From Myxococcales bacterium (GTDB lineage: Bacteria > Myxococcota_A > Polyangia > Polyangiales > Polyangiaceae): DNA of 64,000 bases. Both the position numbers and the translations under genes were made by a program. The notes beneath the pieces were generated by a model that saw only the letters and a list, made by a program, of their open reading frames with translations, made no database searches and had not been told where the DNA came from. Shown one piece after another: positions 59,568 through 64,000 of this stretch. Position 1 is the first letter of the stretch. Every line of letters starts with the position of its first letter. Where the stretch lies: NCBI GenBank assembly GCA_043747615.1, contig JAYTOU010000053.1:32001-96000 (forward strand), given 5' to 3'.

Positions 59568-60601
59568 TGAACATCGCGCGGTCTCGAGCGCGCGGGCGCT
59601 TTTTCCAAAATCGTGGCGCCGTGGCCGGCTGCGTGATGATTACGATTCTCCTTCTTTTCGCGGCATTCGGGCCAATGATGACGTCTCACGACCCGTACGC
59701 GAGCGACTTCGTGCACGGCGTGATGGGGGCGAGCGGAGTTCCCGTCGGGCCGAACGCGGAGTTCCTGCTCGGGACCGATCGCATCTTTCGCGATGAGCTC
59801 TCACGGCTCGCTCTCGGCGCTCGCCTCTCGCTCATCATCGCCTTCGCTGCCACCGCGATCGCTACGGTCCTCGGAGCAGCGGTGGGAATCCTCGCTGGGT
59901 ACTACGAAGGGAGCCGAGGGCTCCGCGTCCCTTGGCCGATGATCTTCGCGACCGTCGGCGGGCTATTCGGTGTGACGATCGGGCACCTCACGCTCAGTTG
60001 GATTGCCATCGTCATCGGGCTAGTCGCCACGCTCGCGGGTATCGTCGGAAACCTTCCACGTCTGCGCGCTGGGCCGTCTCTCAACATCGATACGGCGCTG
60101 ATGCGGCTGGTCGATGTCGGCCTCTCCTTCCCGTTCTTGCTCCTGGTCATGGCCATTGGAGCGGCGGTCGATCGGACCACGGCGACCTCGATCTTGATTG
60201 TCCTCGGACTCACGGGTTGGCTGGGAACCGCCCGGATTTTGCGGGCGAAGACGCTGCAAGTGAGGCACCTCGAGTACGTCGTCGCGGCTCGCGCTCTCGG
60301 CCTTCGCACACCGGCGATTCTTGTCCGTCACATTCTCCCGAACGTCGCCGGACCGCTCATCGTGATCGCCACGGCGTCCGTCGCGCAGATGATCGTCGCC
60401 GAGAGCGTCCTCAGCTACCTGGGGGTCGGGATCTCGCCGCCCACCCCGACGTGGGGACACATGCTGTTCGAGGGGCAGGACTACTACGCGGCCGCCCCCT
60501 GGCTCGTCGCCGCACCGGCAGGAGCGATCCTCCTCGCGGTCTTCGGATTCAACCTCGTTGGCGAAGGCCTGCGCGACGCGCTCGACGCGAAGGACGCGTG
60601 A
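59567..60601 (+). CDS. ABC transporter permease, DppC/OppC type
   Basis: LGTD...GARLSL, FPFLLL, EYVVAARALG (EAA loop), HILPN, ESVLSYLG, GEGLRDALD. Confidence 0.92.
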   Translation: MNIARSRARGRFFQNRGAVAGCVMITILLLFAAFGPMMTSHDPYASDFVHGVMGASGVPVGPNAEFLLGTDRIFRDELSRLALGARLSLIIAFAATAIATVLGAAVGILAGYYEGSRGLRVPWPMIFATVGGLFGVTIGHLTLSWIAIVIGLVATLAGIVGNLPRLRAGPSLNIDTALMRLVDVGLSFPFLLLVMAIGAAVDRTTATSILIVLGLTGWLGTARILRAKTLQVRHLEYVVAARALGLRTPAILVRHILPNVAGPLIVIATASVAQMIVAESVLSYLGVGISPPTPTWGHMLFEGQDYYAAAPWLVAAPAGAILLAVFGFNLVGEGLRDALDAKDA

Positions 60602-62319
60602 TGTTCGTCACGCGGCACACCCCCTGGATCCTCCTTCTATTGAGTGGACTTTTTGGCTGCAGTGATCCGCTGGTGGCACCCATCCCCGCGTCGCGTCCGG
60701 AAGAGACGACGGGCCGCGGAGGCACGATGCACCTCGCCTCGTTCGCAGACATCCGCGCGCTCGATCCGGCGATCGCTTCCGAGGTGCTCGGTGCCGAAGT
60801 GATGCAAATGATCTTCGCGGGCCTCATCGACTTCGATGACGACGGCAAGGTAATTCCCGACCTTGCGACACATTTCGAAACATCCCCGGACGGGTTGGTC
60901 TACCGCTTCTTTCTGCACGAGAACGTCCTCTTTCACGACGGAAACGAGCTTACGGCAGAGGACGTGAAGCGGTCGATCGAGCGCGCTCTTCACCCTTCGA
61001 CGCCCAACCCGTTCGCGAGCTTCTACGAAAACATCGCGGGGATGCCTGAGTATACTGAAAAGAAAACGACGCACCTCTCGGGCGTGGTGGTGGAGGGGCG
61101 CTACGTCGTCTCCGTTCGTCTGCGTGAGCCCGACGCAACCTTTCTGCCGCTCTTCGCGCTCCAGTCGCTCCGGCCCGTGTGCAAGAGCGGCGGCGATCAC
61201 TACGCCGATACCTGGCTCCCCTGCGGCGCAGGCCCCTTCAAGCTCGCCGCAGGCGGATGGGATCACGGTCGCGCGGTGACCCTCGTTCGTCACGACGGCT
61301 ACTTTCGCCCTGGCATTCCCCGCCTCGACGGCGTCGTCTTCACCGTTGGGATGAACGTCGTCACCGAGCGATTCAAGTTCGAGGCGGGCGAGCTCGATAC
61401 GATTCGCGATCTTTCCGAGGCCGATACGCAGCGCTTCTTGCGCGATCCACGTTGGAAATCCCTCGGCGCTTATGAGCCTGATCGCAGCATCTACGGCGAG
61501 AACATGAACGTCGAGATGCCTCCGTTCGACAACGTCGAAATTCGCCGCGCCGTCGCGTGCGCCATCGATCGCGAGCACTACCGGCTGATTCGCGCGTCGA
61601 ACGTGCATCCCGCCGGCAAGCTCGTCCCTCCTGGTGTGCCGGGCTTCAACCCCGCTGTGGCCGGTCAGAAGTACGACTACGCCGCGGCGCTCGAGCACAT
61701 GAGAAAAGCGGGCTACCCGTACGACCCGGCGACGGGCAAAGGCGGATGGGAGCCACATATCGAGTACACGGCTTACAAGCAGGGCTTTGCCGAGTTCAGT
61801 GCCCAGGTGCTGCAACAGGATCTCGCGAAGATCGGTCTGCGGATCGACATCCGCATCGTGAGCTTTGCGAGCTACCTGTCGATCACGCATCGCCGAGGAA
61901 AATCGGCGTTCTCGCCGCAAGGCTGGAATCAGGACTACCCCGACGCGAGCGACTTCTACGAGACGCTCTTCAGCTCGAAGTCGATCAACGAAGACGACTC
62001 GAACAACTCCGCCTTCTACAAGAACGAGCGCTTCGACAGCCTCGTCGACCGCGCTCACCACGAGCTCGATCCTCCCGCGAGGCAGAAGCTCTACGACGAT
62101 GCCGACGCAATTCTCCGCAATGACGCGCCCTGGGCGTTCACACACAGCTTCGGCTGGTACGACATTCGGCAGGGTTACGTCCGCGGCTACCGCGCTTCCC
62201 CGACGTGGGTCCACAATCTGAACGAGACGTGGATCGATCGCGCAAAGACGGCCGTCGCTCGGCGTTCGGGAATTTTCGGTCAATTCGCACGTGGCAGTAT
62301 CTGGCGGGAGCGACCGTGA
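60601..62319 (+). CDS. ABC transporter substrate-binding lipoprotein, family 5 (DppA/OppA type)
   Basis: Lipobox LFGC; LDPA, PDLA, FHDGNELTAEDVKRS, GAGPF, PPFDNVEIRRA, GWNQDYPD. Confidence 0.92.
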   Translation: MFVTRHTPWILLLLSGLFGCSDPLVAPIPASRPEETTGRGGTMHLASFADIRALDPAIASEVLGAEVMQMIFAGLIDFDDDGKVIPDLATHFETSPDGLVYRFFLHENVLFHDGNELTAEDVKRSIERALHPSTPNPFASFYENIAGMPEYTEKKTTHLSGVVVEGRYVVSVRLREPDATFLPLFALQSLRPVCKSGGDHYADTWLPCGAGPFKLAAGGWDHGRAVTLVRHDGYFRPGIPRLDGVVFTVGMNVVTERFKFEAGELDTIRDLSEADTQRFLRDPRWKSLGAYEPDRSIYGENMNVEMPPFDNVEIRRAVACAIDREHYRLIRASNVHPAGKLVPPGVPGFNPAVAGQKYDYAAALEHMRKAGYPYDPATGKGGWEPHIEYTAYKQGFAEFSAQVLQQDLAKIGLRIDIRIVSFASYLSITHRRGKSAFSPQGWNQDYPDASDFYETLFSSKSINEDDSNNSAFYKNERFDSLVDRAHHELDPPARQKLYDDADAILRNDAPWAFTHSFGWYDIRQGYVRGYRASPTWVHNLNETWIDRAKTAVARRSGIFGQFARGSIWRERP

Positions 62320-63314
62320 CACGCATTCTCCGTCGCCTTGCGTGGTCGGTGTTCATCGTCTGGTCGGTGACCACCCTCACCTTCTTCATCAACAACGTGC
62401 TCCCGAGCGATCCGGCGCGGATGGCCGCTGGCCCTCAGGCGCGCCCAAAAGACGTAGAGCGCATTCGCGCGCAGCTCGGGCTCGACAAGCCGGTGGTCAC
62501 TCAATACGGAATCTTCATGTCGAGGCTCCTTCACGTGGCCCCGGCCGGCGCGGGCTCGATCGACCACGCGAGCTGTGTCGCTTTCGCCGGACTCCACGTC
62601 GATCTCGGGCGGAGCTATCAGCAGCGACGGCCGGTGGCCACGATCCTCGGCGAGCGCCTCCCGCGCACCTTGTTTTTGGCTCTCGCGGGCGTTCTCGTGC
62701 AGATCCTGATCGGCGTGACGAGCGGGGTCTTCGCAGCCTTGAAGCGGGGAACGGCCTGGGACCATGGCGCCGTCGGGCTCAGCCTCCTCGGCATAAGCGC
62801 GCCGACGTTCATCCTCGGGCTCGTGCTTCAGTTTTTCTTCGCGCGGAAGTTCCGAATCCTTCCGCTCGACGGCTTCGGGACCACGAACACCGAGCATCTC
62901 CTGTCGGTGATTTTGCCGGCGCTCACGCTGGGGATTTTCGGAGCCGCCTACTACACGCGCCTGGTTCGCGACGAAATGATCGGGCTCATGAGGGAAGACT
63001 ACGTCCGCACGGCGCGCGCCAAGGGCCTCTCCGAGGGCCGGGTGGTGATTGTGCATGCCCTACGAAATGCGCTCGTTCCACTGATCACGGTGATCGCCCT
63101 CGATCTCGGCGCGCTCGTCGGAGGGGCGATCGTCACCGAGACTTTGTTCCGCTGGCCAGGCGTCGGCGCGCTCAGCGTGACTGCGCTTCTCGATCGCGAT
63201 GGGCCGATCATTCTGGGGACGGTGATCGTCACCTCCACGGCGATCGTGCTCGCCAGCATCCTCGTCGACATTTGCTACGTCGCGCTCGACCCCCGCGTGC
63301 GACACCAAACCTAA
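62316..63314 (+). CDS. ABC transporter permease, DppB/OppB type
   Basis: RILRRL, LGLDKP, DLGRSY, DYVRTARAKGL, HALRNAL, ETLFRWPGVG, LDPRVR; GTGA overlap. Confidence 0.92.
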   Translation: MTRILRRLAWSVFIVWSVTTLTFFINNVLPSDPARMAAGPQARPKDVERIRAQLGLDKPVVTQYGIFMSRLLHVAPAGAGSIDHASCVAFAGLHVDLGRSYQQRRPVATILGERLPRTLFLALAGVLVQILIGVTSGVFAALKRGTAWDHGAVGLSLLGISAPTFILGLVLQFFFARKFRILPLDGFGTTNTEHLLSVILPALTLGIFGAAYYTRLVRDEMIGLMREDYVRTARAKGLSEGRVVIVHALRNALVPLITVIALDLGALVGGAIVTETLFRWPGVGALSVTALLDRDGPIILGTVIVTSTAIVLASILVDICYVALDPRVRHQT

Positions 63315-64000
63315 GGGCCGATGAGGGCGCGGCACTCCGAGACGCGTGGACCGTCGGCGGCTCTCTCGATGCACGACTGGTACGCAGCGCGGGCTTTGGC
63401 GTGATTTCCAGCGGTATCGTAGGCTGCGCCGAGGGTGAGCCAGGCCTCGGCGTCGGTCGGGTCTTTGTCGGTCGCGCGGCGCCCAAGGTCGATCGCCACG
63501 GCTGTATTTCCGCGCTCGAGCGCGCGCTGCGCCTGCTGGGTGAGCGTCCCCGTCGGCGCCGGAGCGACCACCTCCGGAGGGTTCGCCGCGGGCGGATTGG
63601 TCACCGGTGGAGCAACGACGACAGGCTCCCTCGGCTGCGGCGGCACCGGGTCCACCCGCCGCACCGGCGCGACCTGCTCGACATGTTCGACGGGCGCGGG
63701 AGTCGGCGGCGTGATGTCGCGCGGGACGGGCGGCGCAACGTCCTTCGGGGGCTCGGGCATGGGCACGACCGCCGCTGACACTTTTTCGGCAGGGACCGTC
63801 GAGCTGGGAGCGGGACGAATTTCGCTGTAGTCCGCCTTACTCGCTTGCCAGCGCGAATAGACCGCGCCGCCGATGAGGGCGAAAACGAGGAAGCCGAGGA
63901 TCCCGGCTGCGAGCTGTCTGACTAGGTGGTTTTGCTCGGTAGCCCGTATTGCCGAAGGCGTCGTGAGGTCGTGACGTTCGAGGGGAGCGTCCGTCTCTTC
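63311..64000 (-). CDS. Partial (5' end outside window) membrane protein with Pro-rich linker and C-terminal TPR
   Basis: Frame open from the window edge (EETDAPLERH...); TM LAAGILGFLVFALIGGAVY; TPR AEAWLTLGAAY...AYQSC. Confidence 0.75.
   Translation of the reverse strand, partial: EETDAPLERHDLTTPSAIRATEQNHLVRQLAAGILGFLVFALIGGAVYSRWQASKADYSEIRPAPSSTVPAEKVSAAVVPMPEPPKDVAPPVPRDITPPTPAPVEHVEQVAPVRRVDPVPPQPREPVVVAPPVTNPPAANPPEVVAPAPTGTLTQQAQRALERGNTAVAIDLGRRATDKDPTDAEAWLTLGAAYDTAGNHAKARAAYQSCIERAADGPRVSECRALIGP

Overview
High-GC chromosomal window whose gene content (three Hanks-type Ser/Thr kinases, FHA/PP2C pair, VWA, TPR and many Cys/Ser-rich lipoproteins) points to a myxobacterium, probably Polyangiaceae/Sorangiineae (inference). 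Housekeeping genes: ltaE, clpS-clpA, glgA, purH, an RluA-family pseudouridine synthase, an M1 peptidase and an Opp/Dpp-type ABC cassette. Two divergent tRNAs (Leu-TAA, Thr-CGT) flank about 1.4 kb of decayed DNA containing a tyrosine-integrase remnant. The standout is a 14.6-kb five-gene operon (13389-28033) just downstream of tRNA-Thr, with every junction a start/stop overlap. It encodes a tandem-CapC/PgsC membrane protein fused to two apparently inactive hydrolase-like repeats, a membrane-anchored unknown protein, a PghP-like Zn-hydrolase lipoprotein, a 1502-aa lipoprotein ending in a probable outer-membrane beta-barrel, and a CapB/PgsB amide ligase fused to HEAT-like repeats. This reads as a diderm poly-gamma-glutamate (or related polyamide) synthesis-and-export machine built like synthase-dependent exopolysaccharide systems, without capA/capD/capE. 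Secondary observations: a Zn-finger ParA plus RHH partner followed by 11-bp direct repeats; candidate FadR, LexA and CRP-like operators; an alpha/beta hydrolase lacking its nucleophile; and a DNA-methylase-like protein with an altered catalytic motif. All family calls come from motifs read by eye; no searches were run.
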